64,000 nucleotides of DNA from Camelus dromedarius (Eukaryota), in the NCBI RefSeq assembly GCF_036321535.1, contig NC_087436.1, forward strand, positions 82,958,001 through 83,022,000. Reading direction: 5' to 3'. The notes below the pieces were generated by a model that was not told where the DNA came from, did no database searches, and worked only from the letters and a program-made list of their open reading frames with translations. The first letter of the stretch is position 1. The number at the start of each line of letters is the position of its first letter. A program made the position numbers and the translations under genes. Positions 27,412-41,129 of this stretch are shown piece by piece.

Positions 27412-28380
27412 CCTGTCAGCATCTTAAGTGTGCGCCTCCTCTGAGCCCCACAAAGCTCTGGGCAGTGACTCCTCGTCTCACTATCGAACTCCCTCCCGAT
27501 GCGCCCAGTCTGCATCCTGAACACCCGGCTCCAGGTGGGCAGGCTCTGCATCTCCTCCCTGTCCCAGCACCAGCTCTCCTTGAAGGCCAACACTTCTCTA
27601 GCTGAGCTTGGTGGGCGGAGGGGCTTTTCTCTCCCTACTTCTAATCATGAAGAAGGTGGCGATGCTCTTCCCTGAGCCTCAAGTGCAGCTCTGGACCACT
27701 GACCTCGTTTTACTTCTCCCACTCTCATGATAAAAAAAAGGAAAATGGCGCTTCTTTCCGTGATCATGACTGCCAACCACGCACCCATCAGCTACCAAAT
27801 CCTACTCTCTCCCCTCTGAAGTTCTAGATCCCTCCTCTTCCTGAGGGCTTCCTCCTGTAATTTCAAATTATTCCATCAATATCTTCATTCTTTCTCTAAG
27901 GATTCCTTTCCTCAACATGTAAATATGTAAGTCTCTTTCAACTTTGAAAAACACAAACAAAACAGCCCATCTTTATTTTAAGGCTGCCTTCTGGCTTCTT
28001 CCATTCGCCCTTCCGTCGTGGGCTAACCTTCTTGCTCAACTTTACCTCCTCCTTTGAATTTACTGTTCAATCCGTTCCCTTCTCTCTACCAAGCCCCTTG
28101 TGAAGGTCATCATGGCTTCTTATTTGCTAAAAACAAAAGATCCCTTGCAGCCTCTTTACTGCTTGCTTTCTTTGCAGCACTTGGATTTGCAGGCTCTGCT
28201 CTAATCTTGAAACTCCTTTTTCCCTTGGTATCAGGCCCCACATGCTCAAGATTTTCCTCCCTGGCTCTGGTTGCTCTTTTTCAATCAACATGGATAATCC
28301 CCAGGAACCCAGGCACAGCCTAATTCAGGATGTGACCAGCTTGACCAACAGTGCCCTTCCTGAAACAGAGACCCACTCAC

Positions 28381-28470
28381 ATGAAGAGCTTCTTCTCGAC
28401 CACCAGGAGCTCCACGGCCGACACACTGCTGAAACACTGGTTGGTTGTCAAGAAGAAGAGCACCCCGGCT
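28381..28470 (-). CDS. ABCG2: ABCG2 exon 11, TM2
   Basis: 90 nt. Translates AGVLFFLTTNQCFSSVSAVELLVVEKKLFI. Confidence 0.96.
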
Positions 28471-28710
28471 CTGTGATGAGAGAAGGGGAACAAAGGCATT
28501 GCCATCGATTAAACAGTCTTAAATCATCTCTCTACCTGCAAAACTCTTCCCTCAAATGATATCTTAACATATGACACACACAAAAAAATACATGTTCTGG
28601 TTAAAATGGAGGGAAATATGAACCCCATTAGGTCTCCCCCAACCCCTGCATCTCCAGAGTAGTACCCTTGGGGCTCCATATATCACAGCTTGAAATTCAC
28701 AGTCCTGGGT

Positions 28711-29050
28711 TGCTATGGATTGAACTGGATTCTCTCAAAACTCCTGTGCGGAAGCCCTAACCTTCAATGCAGTGATACTTAGAGATGGTGTCTTTGGGAG
28801 GTTGTTAGGTTTACACGAGGTCACGAGGGTGGGGCCCCACAATGAATTAGTGCCCTTAGAATAGAAGGGAGAGTCACCAGAGCTCTTGCTCTGCCGTCCA
28901 AGGACTCAGCAAGGAGGAGCAAATTAGAAGAGGGCCCTCTTCAGAACCCAACCTTGTTGGCAACCTGACCTCCAGAACTGCAGAAGTATATTTCTGTGCT
29001 TTAAGCCGCCCAGTCTGTGATTCTCTGGCACAGTCTGTGGACCAAGCTGA
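28711..29050 (+). mobile_element. MaLR LTR (MLT1A-like)
   Basis: Has the tgctatggattgaa...gaagccctaacc...ttaagccgcccagtctgtg pattern and is similar to 37911-38284. Confidence 0.65.
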
Positions 29051-31169
29051 TGATTAAACAGACCATAAAAATACTATCACCTTGGATTTTAACTAACAAA
29101 CCTCTAAGTACTGTGCCTAATGTATGAACAGAGAAACAGTGAGCCAAATAAAGCTTGCCAAGGTTAAAAACCTCTGTTAGCCACTTTTTTAAAAGTTGAA
29201 TAAAGAAGAAACAAAGACAGAAGGAGGCAAGAGAAAGACAGTGGAGGGAAACCTCAACTGACACCTCACTGTACAGATCCACCTCACAACCATCAGAACA
29301 GCCTTGGTGTTCTCCTTGAAAACTCATTGCCAACAGGGTTTCTTCCCAGTGGGCTCAAAAAAGAAAACAAAGGAATGCTCATAAAGGAAAAATTAATCTG
29401 TGCACCTGTAAGAAAAGGAAGATTATTAATGCTTCTCTCTCAGTAAAATAACTGAAGTTCGAAAAGGAAAAGTACTCAGTTAATCTACACTTTGAGAGAA
29501 AAATGATTTCTATGAATGCACGCCAACATTCCTGAAACAGTGTCGGGCTTTCCTTCCTAACCAAACAGTTCAATTGACATTGAGGATGTGAGTTGGAACT
29601 GAAAGAGATAAAGTGGCATGTCACTTAAATGACACACATGTAAGAGAATTTAAAAAATGTAAACCCAAAGTGTGTAAATGTCCAAAAGAAGAGTCCATAG
29701 ATACTTGGTAATTGTTTTTAACACTCCCCCAAGTAAAGGAGTTAGGGAACAGGCTGTTTTAAAAGTGAATGTTTATACAATAATGAATAAACGGAAAACA
29801 CCCAGGCCTACACACAAGCACCAATGCTACTTTCTGCACACAAATAAGCCTAATATCAATGTGAAAGCTAATTTCAGAAATGTGGGGCAATTCGGCTCAA
29901 TGTGTTAAGTCTTACATCTAACAGTACAATAATGTTCCTAATGATTTTAAACCTGGAGATAGTGAAATTCCCTCTAAATCATAAGATAATTTATTTTATA
30001 GTAAAGAGTTTTTATTGATAAAGAATTTGATGTATTCTAGTACTTTCCAAGGTGGTAATTCATGTCGGTAGTGTCTACTTATGGATCATAAAAATTCTTT
30101 AAATACCTTTTCTTTTAATAGACGTTAATCTGTTTAACTCTCATCTCCTCAGTTTTATAAGGTGTCGTTAGGTCAAAGAAGCTGTCATTCTACCCATGAT
30201 TATACAGGTTAGGGAAAGAGCAAAGAAAGCATCTCTCTGGAATAATTCATTCCTCAAAAAGAGAACCAAACCACACTGGCCTCCAGAGCAATTTCAAATG
30301 ATTTAAAAAAAAAAAATTGGTGGCAAGCTTACGTCAAAAATAAAAATGAAAATAACTCCAATGCTCTATTTCTCCAGAAAACATGTGAAGAAACAGCTCA
30401 CGCTCTTCTTTATTTCTCTGGAGTCTTCTACCAAGAGCTTGGATGAACAGATCTCCAGTTCCTCTCTAAAATTCCAGTTGAGGGCAGGTTTCCCAATAGC
30501 TTTTCCCAAATGCTTCCCTCAGCACAGAATACCCACAGCTCTAGATCCTGTGGTACATACTCTGTGATTCAAGAAAATATGGCATCTACAAAGGGTACAA
30601 TCGGGCAATTCCTAGCAAGTTTGGAATTAAGCCAGAGAGCAACTCTGCCCTCGGGGAAGGTGAAAAGAAAAAGCAATGACATAACTCCGGGGGAAAAAGC
30701 CCCAGTAACTGTCTCACCATATGATCCCACACAGGAGATACCTTACTCCACCTGAATGAGAACTGACTTCTATGTTTCCTCTTTCTTTCACAAACAATCC
30801 CCCTTTCCAGACAAAATAGATTCAACTTAAGGTGCCACAACTCCACCGAGCAGTGAGATGGGGGGCTAACACCACCCCTACTCTGGCGGGGAGGGTAACC
30901 TGAGACCCCAGGTGTACAGCGTGGGGGACACTGCCAGGCCTAGGGCAGTTCTCAATACACAAAGCCAAGGAGAAGTCAGCAGCTCCCACACTGCTCAGCA
31001 CCTCCGTTCAGAGCATGCTACAGCCATTACAAAGTCTCATCAGGAAACAAGTTTTATGGGCATGGTATGACTGAAACCAGGTAAGGAAAATTAACTTAAG
31101 TACTAACCATACAACAGTTAGAAAAAACTGACTCCCAACCACCTCCCCATGTCAAACAAATCAAAAATT

Positions 31170-32300
31170 AAAAAGGAAATTGACTCACAGGCAACAAAAG
31201 AAAAATATAGATAAAATGAGCTATGTCAAATTAAAAATAGATAAACTGGGCTATGTCAAACTTCAAAACTTTTGTGCATCAAAGGACGTTACCAACAGAG
31301 TGAAAAAACAATCCACAGAATAGCAGAAAATATTTGCAAATTTATATCTGATAAGGGGTTAATACCTAGAATATATAAAGAAGTTTCACAGCTCAACAAT
31401 TTTTTTAATCCAATTGGGAAATGAGTAAAGAATTTCAATAGATATTCTTCCAAAGAAGATACACAAATGAACAATATGTACATGAAAAGATGCTCAATGA
31501 TAATCATTAGGGAAATACAAATCAAAACCACAATGAGATACCACTTCACTCCAATTAGGGTGGCTATTACATACATACATATATATATGTATATATATGA
31601 AACAAAAACAGGAAAAACCAGAAAATAATAAGTGTGGCAAGGTTCAGGAGAAACTGAAACCCTGTGCACTTGTGGCAGAAATGCAAAATAGTGCAGCTGC
31701 TGTAAAAGATAGGATGGCAGTTCCTCAAAGAATCAACAGAATTACTAAATGATCCAAAAATCCCACTTCTGGGTATATACTCAAAAGAACTGAAAGCAAG
31801 GATTCAAACAGGTATTATTTGTGTACTCATGTTCCTAGCAGCATTATTCACAACAGCCAAAAGGTAGAAACAAGTGTCCATAGACAGATAAACTTATGGA
31901 CAACATGTGGCCTATCCATACAGTGAAATAGTATTCAGCCTTGAAAAAGAAAAATTTCTGACACATGCTCCAACATGGATGAACCTTGAAGATACTACGC
32001 TAAGGAAAACAAGCCAGTCACCAAAGGACAAATACTCTATGAGTCCACTTATATGAGGTACCTAGAATAGTTAAAACCAGAGACAAAGTATAATGGTGGT
32101 TTCCAGGGGCTGGGGAAAGGAGGAATGGGGTGTTGGTGTCCAATGGGTACAGAGATTCAGTTTGGGAAGATGGAAAAAGTTCCAGGGCTGGATGGTGGGG
32201 ATGGTTGCACAATAATGTGAATGTGATTAATGCCACTGAATTATACACTTAAAGTTGGTTTACAGGGTAAATTTTATGTTCTGTGTATTTTACCATTGTA
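31170..32300 (+). mobile_element. Old L1 (L1MB-like) ORF2 end and 3'UTR
   Basis: Similar to the 3' part of the young L1 (caaatcaaaaccacaatgagataccac, acatggatgaaccttgaa), with a typical L1M 3'UTR. Confidence 0.8.
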
Positions 32301-32474
32301 TATATACACATGAATATGAAAACTAACTCCTCCATTTGGCTTTCAATTCATTTACTTATCCTACTGCTCAATTTACCCTGTGCTTGTCTCAAATTCATAT
32401 TTTTAATGGATTTTCAAAAGCTTAGAAAAAAAAGTAATAGCACTTTCTCAAAATCAGGACCCAAATTTACTCAC

Positions 32475-32557
32475 CTGTTCTGGATTCCTGTAGGATCATG
32501 TTTCAGGTCATAGAAAATGGCACCTATAACCAGTCCCAGGATGGCTGTTACAATGAT
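32475..32557 (-). CDS. ABCG2: ABCG2 exon 10, TM1
   Basis: 83 nt, donor GTGAGT. Translates IIVTAILGLVIGAIFYDLKHDPTGIQNR. Confidence 0.95.
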
Positions 32558-34749
32558 CTTTTCCAAAAAAAAAAAAAAAAGAGAGAGTTTCAATTAAAGG
32601 TAAAAACTTAACAAACCATTTAGTATTCAAATGTATCTGGCTCCACAATCAAATCCCTCCACTGATGTAGATATTTTAAATGGCCTTGCCAGAGTCTTTG
32701 TGAAAACAGAAAGCAGTGCATGTTATTTAGACTGCTTTTTAAATTAAAATAAAACAATTCATCTGTGTGCTGGGAAGACTGACAAGAGAACAAAAGAGAA
32801 AAGCCAAGATTCCTCCCAGTGCTTGACCAGGCACCGCCAGTTCATGGTCCAGTTCAGGCTATGGGGACTGGAAAGGCCATATAGTGTCGCAGAACAACAC
32901 AAGTACCTAGCAAAGTAGTCTGGGGTATAAAATAAAGTCCAAATGGCTCAGAGCTCTGGCCTGAACTCTTAACCTTTGTGCCAGTGAACATGCACAGTTT
33001 GATATTTCAAGAGGTTCCAGTAAAAACAGGATATCTTTACTCTTAACATGAAAAATAAATAAAAATTTAAAAAAATTTAAAGCATGCATGAAAAAATTCT
33101 AACAATGAAATTTTGCACAATAAGGAAGTAGGGGTAAGCTGGGGCCCACCCATCTGACCTGGGGACAGTCTATGCCTGTGCTGGAAAAGTGCATTGTCAC
33201 TGTCACCAAAGCATTCAGCCAGCTGTCTCTGAGGACACCCAAGTGCTTCAATTACCAATGCTCCTGTCACTGCCTTTCCAGCAACCTCAGTCCATAGGGC
33301 CTACAGTCAACAGCAGAACTTAGCTGCCCATTCTCTGCTACTCTCACCAACCTTCACTCACTCAGTCTCTTTGATGACTCCTAAGAAGACTAGATGAACA
33401 TCACTTCTGTTTTTAAGACTGATAAAATGTCTCTTAAGGACACTTCTATAAGCGAAGGGTTAAGGGTTATATTATACTTTATTCAAGGAAATTCTACTTA
33501 TTGTACTTTTAAATTAAATTTTATTAAATATATTAAATATAAATATATAAGAAATGATAATCTTAAAAAAATACAATATCCCACCATGTATCTTGGAATC
33601 TCCAAAGTTAAAAAAACAAAACAAAACAAAACAAAACAACAACTCATTACTACAACTGTTCAATAGTATTAAAACTTGTAAAATAACTTATAAAGATACT
33701 TTTGGCTGAAGCAAACAAAACTGGAAAACAGGATCATGATCTGTGAAGACTAGTTTGTGAAGATCAGAGTCTGGAAAAAGTATGATTAGAGATGTCCTTA
33801 AAAAAATGCCTAAAAAGACAGTCAGATATTTGAAAAAAATCTATTACCCTGGCATATATTAATTAGCTTAAAAATATAAATAATAATGACTCCATCAGCA
33901 CGCGTGCCTGCACACGTGTACAAGCCCATGCTTTCACACCGTATAACTCTAAGAATATTCAGACTTTTAAAACTGGACACTCCACATGCTTTGTTTCTTT
34001 TGCATTCAAACTTGGTAACTTACATTAACAGACTGTCAGGACTATTATTAAGATGCTTCCTAAGGGTTTCAAAGTTCTAAAAGTATCTTCAAAGAAAAAT
34101 TTTAAACACATTGACAAAGTGATCAATCTCACAATTTTGTCATGCTTTTATAAAGTGTGCCTATTTATACCTTCTTGCATTAAGGCAAAGAAAATAAACA
34201 GGAAAACTAAACATTGCTCACTGGAGCAAAGACATCCTATCTACAAGTTCTGTGCACTTGGCTTCTTCTGAACAAAAGGGAGAGAAAAAAGAAATTCCCT
34301 AAATATGTCATTCTGTTTTTGTTCAAATGTGTTTACCAACATTTTCTCAAGGTGAATTCTGAAGGATGTTTATGGCCATCACTGAAAAAATTAATCCACA
34401 GTCAAATGTTAAACGTGCTAATAGAAACAATGAATCTCCAAGAACTATGATAAGGTTTTCCAAATTGATTGTACAGTCAGAAAAACTTTGGCACACTAAA
34501 TGGACATTAAATCTTCCTATACAGATAATCCATTCATTCCAAGACCTTCCAAAGATAACCTCTGGTTAAATGCATTTTCAGAGGCAAAGTCTGACTTACG
34601 TAAATGACTAGTTCAAACCTAATTATGGCTATAAGACTAGCTGTACAAGGCTTGTCAACAGGAAGCCATAAAACATTTTAATAGCTCCACATTTAAACAC
34701 TTAGAGCAGTAAAAGACACATTCACAAGATTAAAAAACCCTAAATTAAA

Positions 34750-35084
34750 AGTCACCAAGCTATGGCCCCCAGGCCAAACAGGGCCTCTCCCCTATTTCTG
34801 GTCAGCCCATGAGCTAAGAACACTTTTTACCATTTTTTTAATGGTTGGGAAAAAAGCAACAAGAATAATATTTCTTGCCCCATGAAATTTATATACAATT
34901 TAAATTTCAGTGTCCATGAATAAAGTTTTATTGGAACACAGCATGTTCCCTTCTTTTAATGTATTATTTTTGGCTGCTTTCTTGCTAAAATGGCAGAAAT
35001 GACTACCTGAGACAAAGACCACTGACCTACAGAGCCTTGAGTATTTACTCTCTGACCTTTTACAGAAAAGGTTGCCTACCCCTG
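34750..35084. mobile_element. hAT-Charlie MITE (MER58B-like)
   Basis: Contains aataaagttttattggaacacagc and the end ttacagaaaaggttgcctacccctg, both shared with the other MER58 copies. Confidence 0.65.
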
Positions 35085-35377
35085 TCTTAAGCTAACATTC
35101 TAGTATTGACATATCTGAAAAAGAGTTTCCCCGCTACAGGCAGATACCCAGGGAGACGTAAGGCTCTGTCCTTGTCCTGTGAGATTGCCACTGCCCTGAA
35201 CATAGCTGGGATTCCTCTTGAGCTCACTGAGGAGGCAAGTAAGCTGAACACGCAACCTGGAGGCACGAGGCCTGTTTGCATCTGTGAAGGAAGGCTAGCA
35301 CCGAAAGATGCAGAAAGCTGGTGTCCTGTTAGAAACAGCTCCACATTCTAATCACCCCTGCCTAGAACTACCACATA

Positions 35378-35550
35378 GACTCGTCCCTTCGTATCCGCAG
35401 GTCACTGGTTCCAGGATCCCCACCGATATCGAAATCCACAGATGCTCAAGACCCTTCTATGAACCAAGATGTACAGTCAGTCCTACACATGCATGAGCTC
35501 CGCCAACCTCAGTGTGTAAGGAATACACAGATACCGAGGGGGCTGGCTGT
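35378..35550 (+). mobile_element. Tigger-type MITE (MER2-like)
   Basis: Runs cgtcccttcgtatc...ggttccaggatcccc...gatgctcaag...gataccgaggg, with terminal inverted repeats. Confidence 0.6.
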
Positions 35551-37070
35551 ACATGACTTGGACAAGACACATCTAAACCATTTTTAGAGGCAAGAGAAAT
35601 TTATTTTCCAAATAAAAAAAATCTAATGCATAACTCACACTAAAGAATCAACTGCATTGTATCATCTCACTGTTGAATGATGGGTACCCATGTTGACCTT
35701 TGTTACAGCACTTGTTCCACAATGACATCAAATCTACTCTAAAAGAATAAAACCTTACCTTTGAGTGATGGGACACAAAAGTGCTCATGTTCTGATGGAT
35801 ACACCAAATAACAAGTACAAAACTGGAGCAACTAGCAGTACATCTCAAAGAGGAATATAAGGTCTCGGCATGAAAACTTAGAAGGCAACAGCAGTGAAGT
35901 ATGAAAACTATGGCACGTGTGGTAAGAAGTCAGTAATATTCCATTAGATCCAACAACATGCCATCTTTTAGTACTCAACAGAAATGCAATAATGCAATAA
36001 ATGATAATAAAATCAACCACCCACCAAAAAACTGGTTAAACTGACTTTCTTAAAAAGGATGGACCAATGAACTGGGAATATGAGGGTTTGGGGTGACAGA
36101 GGGCTTAAGAATAACAGAAAAATCATAAAGGAGTCATCATCAACTCCTATCAACCAAAAGAGAAAAAGAACACTAGATCATCTTCATTAAGAGAAAGTTA
36201 GTCTGATAGTGAATAGCCTTACCGAACAGAATTCAAGTTGGCTTACTACCTTTGTGTTAATTGCAAACTGTTTTAGGTATCTAGTTCCCTCCTAAGATGA
36301 GAACACCTAAATGAAGAAGGCCAGTTATAAGAAACAGCAATTGCACACAGGCTCTTCCTGCAGACAGCAGTTGGCCCTACTGTCTTCAGGGACATTCAGT
36401 GACATCCAGCTGAAGGCTTCCCCGGCCACCAGATGCAAAATGCAGACCTACCCCTTTCCTTCCTCTCCCTCCTCCTCCATCTCCTCTCCTTCTCTCTGTC
36501 TCTCCTCCTTTCTCCATTTCTCTGCCTAAACCCTTTTCACAGTCTCTTTTACCATCTGGCATGCTATACATTTTACATCTATATGAATTTATCATCTGTC
36601 TCTCCTCACAAGAAAGTAAGCTCCATGAAAACAGGGATTTTATTTTTGCCCACTTCGTTCACTGCTGTCCATAAGCTCCAAACTGCAGCATGTGATCAGT
36701 GAGAACTTGCTGGATGCATCAGGAAGTGAATGTACACAGCCACCAGAAAACCCCAAATGTGGCCAAACATTTCCTTCACTTCACAATTTTTGAAAAAAAA
36801 TTTTTTTTCTGCAAAGATTATCCATCACAGCTTGTCTAAATCAACAAAAATCCTGAATTAGGCAGTCCAAAAAAAAAAAAAACCCACTGAAAAAAAAAGT
36901 CTTCTATAAGCAGAAACTCGATTGTGTTTACTTGTTTCTATATCCCAGATGGAATGGGGATCAATAAATGACAGGGTGTGTTGAAGATAACATAATCCTA
37001 AAACAGATTCTATCAGAACCCCCTGTCCCCACGTATTTCACAGCACAATCAGAAGACTCTGCCAGGTTAC

Positions 37071-37321
37071 CTGAGCTATAGAAGCCTGAGGATTACCCAG
37101 TAAGTTTTTGAAAGAACGCCTGGAAATCCACTTGAGCTGATGACAAAAGGAGGTAGCATAGGTGATCTCCTTGTAGGCAAGACTCTTCTTCTTTTTCGGA
37201 CCTACTGAGAACTGATCTAACTCAACTTTGGTTTCTCTGAAGAAGGAGGAGTTGACATAAAACTCAGCTAATTTATCTATGAGTGGGGTATCTTTCTTGG
37301 CAGGCGCTTCAGTCTCCTCGG
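37071..37321 (-). CDS. ABCG2: ABCG2 exon 9: linker and connecting helix
   Basis: 251 nt. Translates AEETEAPAKKDTPLIDKLAEFYVNSSFF...TSFCHQLKWISRRSFKNLLGNPQASIAQ. Confidence 0.95.
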
Positions 37322-37665
37322 CTTTGGAAGAAAAGTGGATAAAGAAGGGAAACATTATTAACACTTTTTTGAAACCTCTTTCTTAGATTCTTCCCTAGCA
37401 CCTTAATTCTAAAGCTTGAGTATAAAAAATTATGAGATCTGTCATTGCTTTACAAATGAGAAGAATACAGTAAACTGGCCTACTTCTATAAACTTATGGA
37501 TACCACTGACCTTTTCTTAACTATAATGTTCGGATCCTAATTCTTTTAAAATAGACTTCTCACCACACAGAGTTATAATTCCTAATAAAAAAAAAAAACC
37601 TGGTTCTTGCTTTTTTCCAATGTGCAAATGCATAAATTGCCAAGTTTCTTATTTCAAAACAGTAC

Positions 37666-37790
37666 ACAGTTGGCCCTCTGTATCCACAGATGTGGAACCC
37701 AGGGATAGGGAGGGCCTCCTGTAAGGGACTCGAGCACTGTAGTATCTGCAGGGGGTCCTGGAATCAACTCCCCATGGATACCATGTGTAA
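37666..37790 (-). mobile_element. Tigger-type MITE (MER2-like), in opposite orientation to 35378-35550
   Basis: Runs cagttggccctctgtatccac...gggggtcctggaatcaactccccatggatacc. Confidence 0.55.
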
Positions 37791-37910
37791 ACAATGGGCT
37801 TTTTTTTTAAATGGGAACTCCCCTTAGAGCTGACACTACCATACAAATGCTCATTTATAAATTAAGTCAAAAACACAGCACTCAGAGACAATAAAATCTG
37901 TGTTAACTGA

Positions 37911-38284
37911 TGCTATTAGAGATTGAATGTCTGTGTGCCTCCAAAATTCATATGCTGAAACCCAGTTCCCAATGTGATGGTATCTGAAGGCAAGGCCTTT
38001 GAGAGATGATTAGGTCATGAGGGTGGAGCCTTCATGAGTGGGATTAGCACCCTTATCAAAGAGACCCCAGAGAGCTCCCCTACAACTTCCACCATGTAAG
38101 GAGGCAATGGGAAATGAGATGGTCGCCCATCTATGAACCAGGAAGCAGGGCCTCAACAGAGACCAAATCTGCTGGCATCTTGATCTTGGACTTCCAGCCT
38201 CCAAAACTATGAGAAATAAAGGTTTGTTGTTTAAGCCACCTAGTCTACAGTATTTTTGTTACAGCAGCCAAACAAGCTAGGACA
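37911..38284 (+). mobile_element. MaLR LTR (MLT1A-like)
   Basis: TG...CA ends, with internal ccaaaattcatatgctgaaa, gatcttggacttccagcctcca and aataaa...tttaagccacc. Confidence 0.75.
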
Positions 38285-38407
38285 ACTTGTATCAGAGGAT
38301 GGCATTAATAGAAATTCACACAGCCACGTTTTAATGAGCTACCACATTGCTAAACTTCAGCCAACTCAATTAGGCAATAATCTGCGACTCTTAACAGATT
38401 TGCATAC

Positions 38408-38512
38408 CTTCACCATCTCTGTCCTCTCTGTTTAGCACCACAGCAGAGGAGTCTCCATTAATGACATCCAGGAAGAAGTCTGCAGGGTTATTATAGGGCT
38501 CACAATGGTAAC
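38408..38512 (-). CDS. ABCG2: ABCG2 exon 8, NPADF motif
   Basis: 105 nt. Translates GYHCEPYNNPADFFLDVINGDSSAVVLNREDRDGE. Confidence 0.95.
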
Positions 38513-39417
38513 CTGCAAAAGAAAGTAACTCAGATACACAAACCTGATAGTCTTAGGAAATAAAGACTTTCAAGGGATGAGGGAGGGACGCCTGGGGAGA
38601 CAGAATCTAACAATTTCTCCCTCACCTTCCTTCTCTCTTCTCCTCTCATTAATTTACCTTTTCCTTTTATATATTCAATCACACTATATTTCAACAATTC
38701 TCTATCCTGGCAAAATAACACACTCCCAACCACTTGGATTCTCAGAAATCTTCTGTTGGTGCTTGGTGCTTACCCATCCTAATTCACGAGACCTGAAACA
38801 GCTATCAATATGATCTGGTGCTTATCAGAACTTCTTCAAAAACTTAAATCTAGGTGCAAGGAAAAAAAATAAGTTGAAAAAAAAAAAGCAGTAGCAGAAC
38901 GAATGCTCTTTATAGCAAGGCAACAAGCAAAGCCAACTAAGGCACAGCAGGACTGTGTTTGGGAGAGGCCTGGGGGTATGTTCTGTTTCCCAGTTCACTT
39001 GGGGACTGCCAAAACGCCAGTACCCACCTAGCAATGAATGCTTCTGCCTCTACTAAATTCAGGTACAAGTGGTCACCCGCCATAATTCCAATATAGAGAA
39101 CCAATCACCAGAGCAGCATTCTCAGAAGAATGTGGCTGGGACAGCACAGCTCACCACTTATCTCAACTTCTTGTAGCATGACCATCTGAACTCAGCCTAG
39201 CCTGGAGACTGACTCTTGGGTTCATCTCCTCTAAACTCCCTACACCTATGTGTGCTTCTTAAGTTTAAATGATAAAGTAAACAAAAACATTTTAAAAGAT
39301 GGCCAACAAATATTTAAAACTACATTTGAAGTCATGGAGCACCATCCAAGTACCTCTAAAGTGAAGAAGATTGCATAAGTCATAAAAAATTAAATATTTC
39401 CATTTAAAATAGAACCA

Positions 39418-39623
39418 CACATGTAGAATAGATAAACAAGATTATACTGCATAGCACAGGGAAATATATACAAGATCTTCTGGTAGCTTACGGAGAAAAA
39501 AAATATGACAATGAATATATATGTATGTTCATGTATAACTGAAAAATTGTGCTCTACACTGTAATTTGACACAACATTGTAAAATGACTATAACTCATTA
39601 AAAAATGTTCTAAAAAAATAAAA
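39418..39623 (+). mobile_element. Truncated young L1 3' end
   Basis: Highly similar to 17200-17390. Perfect 13-bp TSD TAAAATAGAACCA at 39405-39417 and 39624-39636. Confidence 0.9.
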
Positions 39624-40220
39624 TAAAATAGAACCAGGCAGTCCAGAACCATCAGAAATGTTGGCACATTGAAGTCAGGCTTAAAACTAACCATTATACT
39701 GACAGGTAAGTCACACACATCCTAAATCTGCAACCTAATATTACCAGAAAATTAAGCATCATCTCCGTGAACCCCCACCAACATAGCTCAACATCCCACG
39801 CAAGAGGAAAAAATGATGAGCCCTGCTCTGTATTATGGTCAAGAAGACAAACAATCTGGGGACATCAGGCCTTTCCAAAAGTATTCACCAGACAGATAAC
39901 TGGCTATGAGGCCAATATATTCACTGAACTGTTAGAAAAGGTCACCAGAACTGGGAAGGAGAACAGATACAGACCCAGTAGAAAAACTCATGCACACACA
40001 CATGTACACACACTCAAACAGGACAGAAAAAGCAAACTAAATAACAAGCTGGTGCTTCAAAGTGAAGAAAAATTCCAGCACCAAACTAACTACAGCTGTT
40101 TTGGAGTGGTGGAACCCACGGTACATCTACTCAAAGATCACAGCACTCCCATCAACCCCTTTGACCTCTTATAGGATTCTATTAAGGAAGGATCTTACTG
40201 CATGAAAAAGTCAACCATAC

Positions 40221-40372
40221 CGATGGATTCAAAGTACCCCAAGGCCTCCTGAGCAGGCCCGTGGAACATGAGTCTTCCTGAGGCCAACAAGGTGAGGCTG
40301 TCAAACAGCTTGAAGATGGAGTAGCGAGGCTGATGAATGGAGAAGATGATTGTCCGTCCTTGCTTAGACATC
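40221..40372 (-). CDS. ABCG2: ABCG2 exon 7, H-switch
   Basis: 152 nt. Translates MSKQGRTIIFSIHQPRYSIFKLFDSLTLLASGRLMFHGPAQEALGYFESI. Confidence 0.96.
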
Positions 40373-41129
40373 CTAAGTTAGAAGTGAGAAGATAACGAGT
40401 CATTAAACATTGGAAACTTGCATTCCTTGGCAAAATACTTTATTATTCCTACCTTTAGTTCATTTGTTCACTGTTCAACTTGATTTTCTCTTACTAAATT
40501 CTCATCTCTCTTTTTTTTTTAATCTATCTGATAGGGAACCAGAGCTGGAATGTTAGTGGACAACAAGGAGCCAGTAAAGGACTGGCAGCAGAGACGTGGA
40601 CTGGTGTGAGAACTTTGTACATCAGGTGTGGTCTGAGGACCACTGAGCATCAGTATCAGTATTTCCTAATAGCAGTGGAAAATCTTGAACATCACCTCAG
40701 AGCCATAGAAATAGAACCTGCATTTTAACAAGACCCAAAATGAACAGTGTACACAGTGGAGCTTGATATGCACTAGGCTTGATATGCACTAGGAGCTGTC
40801 CAGCATGTGGAAAGATGCTGTGTGCTAATTAGTCCAAAACATAACATAGTCCAGTATTCTGTATCAATTCATCATTCTCTAATGAACACTGTTAACATGG
40901 TGACAGATAATAAAAATACCATGGATGTTCAGTTAGAGAAACTGAACCTGAACCCCAGACCCAATACTTGACATCTTCACTTATATGTGCCATAGACATC
41001 TCAAACTTAAAATGTCTAAAATCTTAGACATCTTCCCATTTTCCCCTTTCTTCTTATCCTAGCATAGAGCCTTGCTTACAAGGTCATGGACGTCAGAGGA
41101 AGCAAGGTAGTCATAAGGAGGGATGTCAT

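Noticed and set aside
38408..38512. ABCG2 exon 8 is one codon longer than the recalled human exon
   Set aside because: This is an in-frame difference in the variable linker region, which is ordinary ortholog variation.
40760..40792. Short tandem duplications (GCTTGATATGCACTAG x2; also at 10893-10922 and 31208-31260)
   Set aside because: These are ordinary two-copy slippage duplications with no spacer structure.
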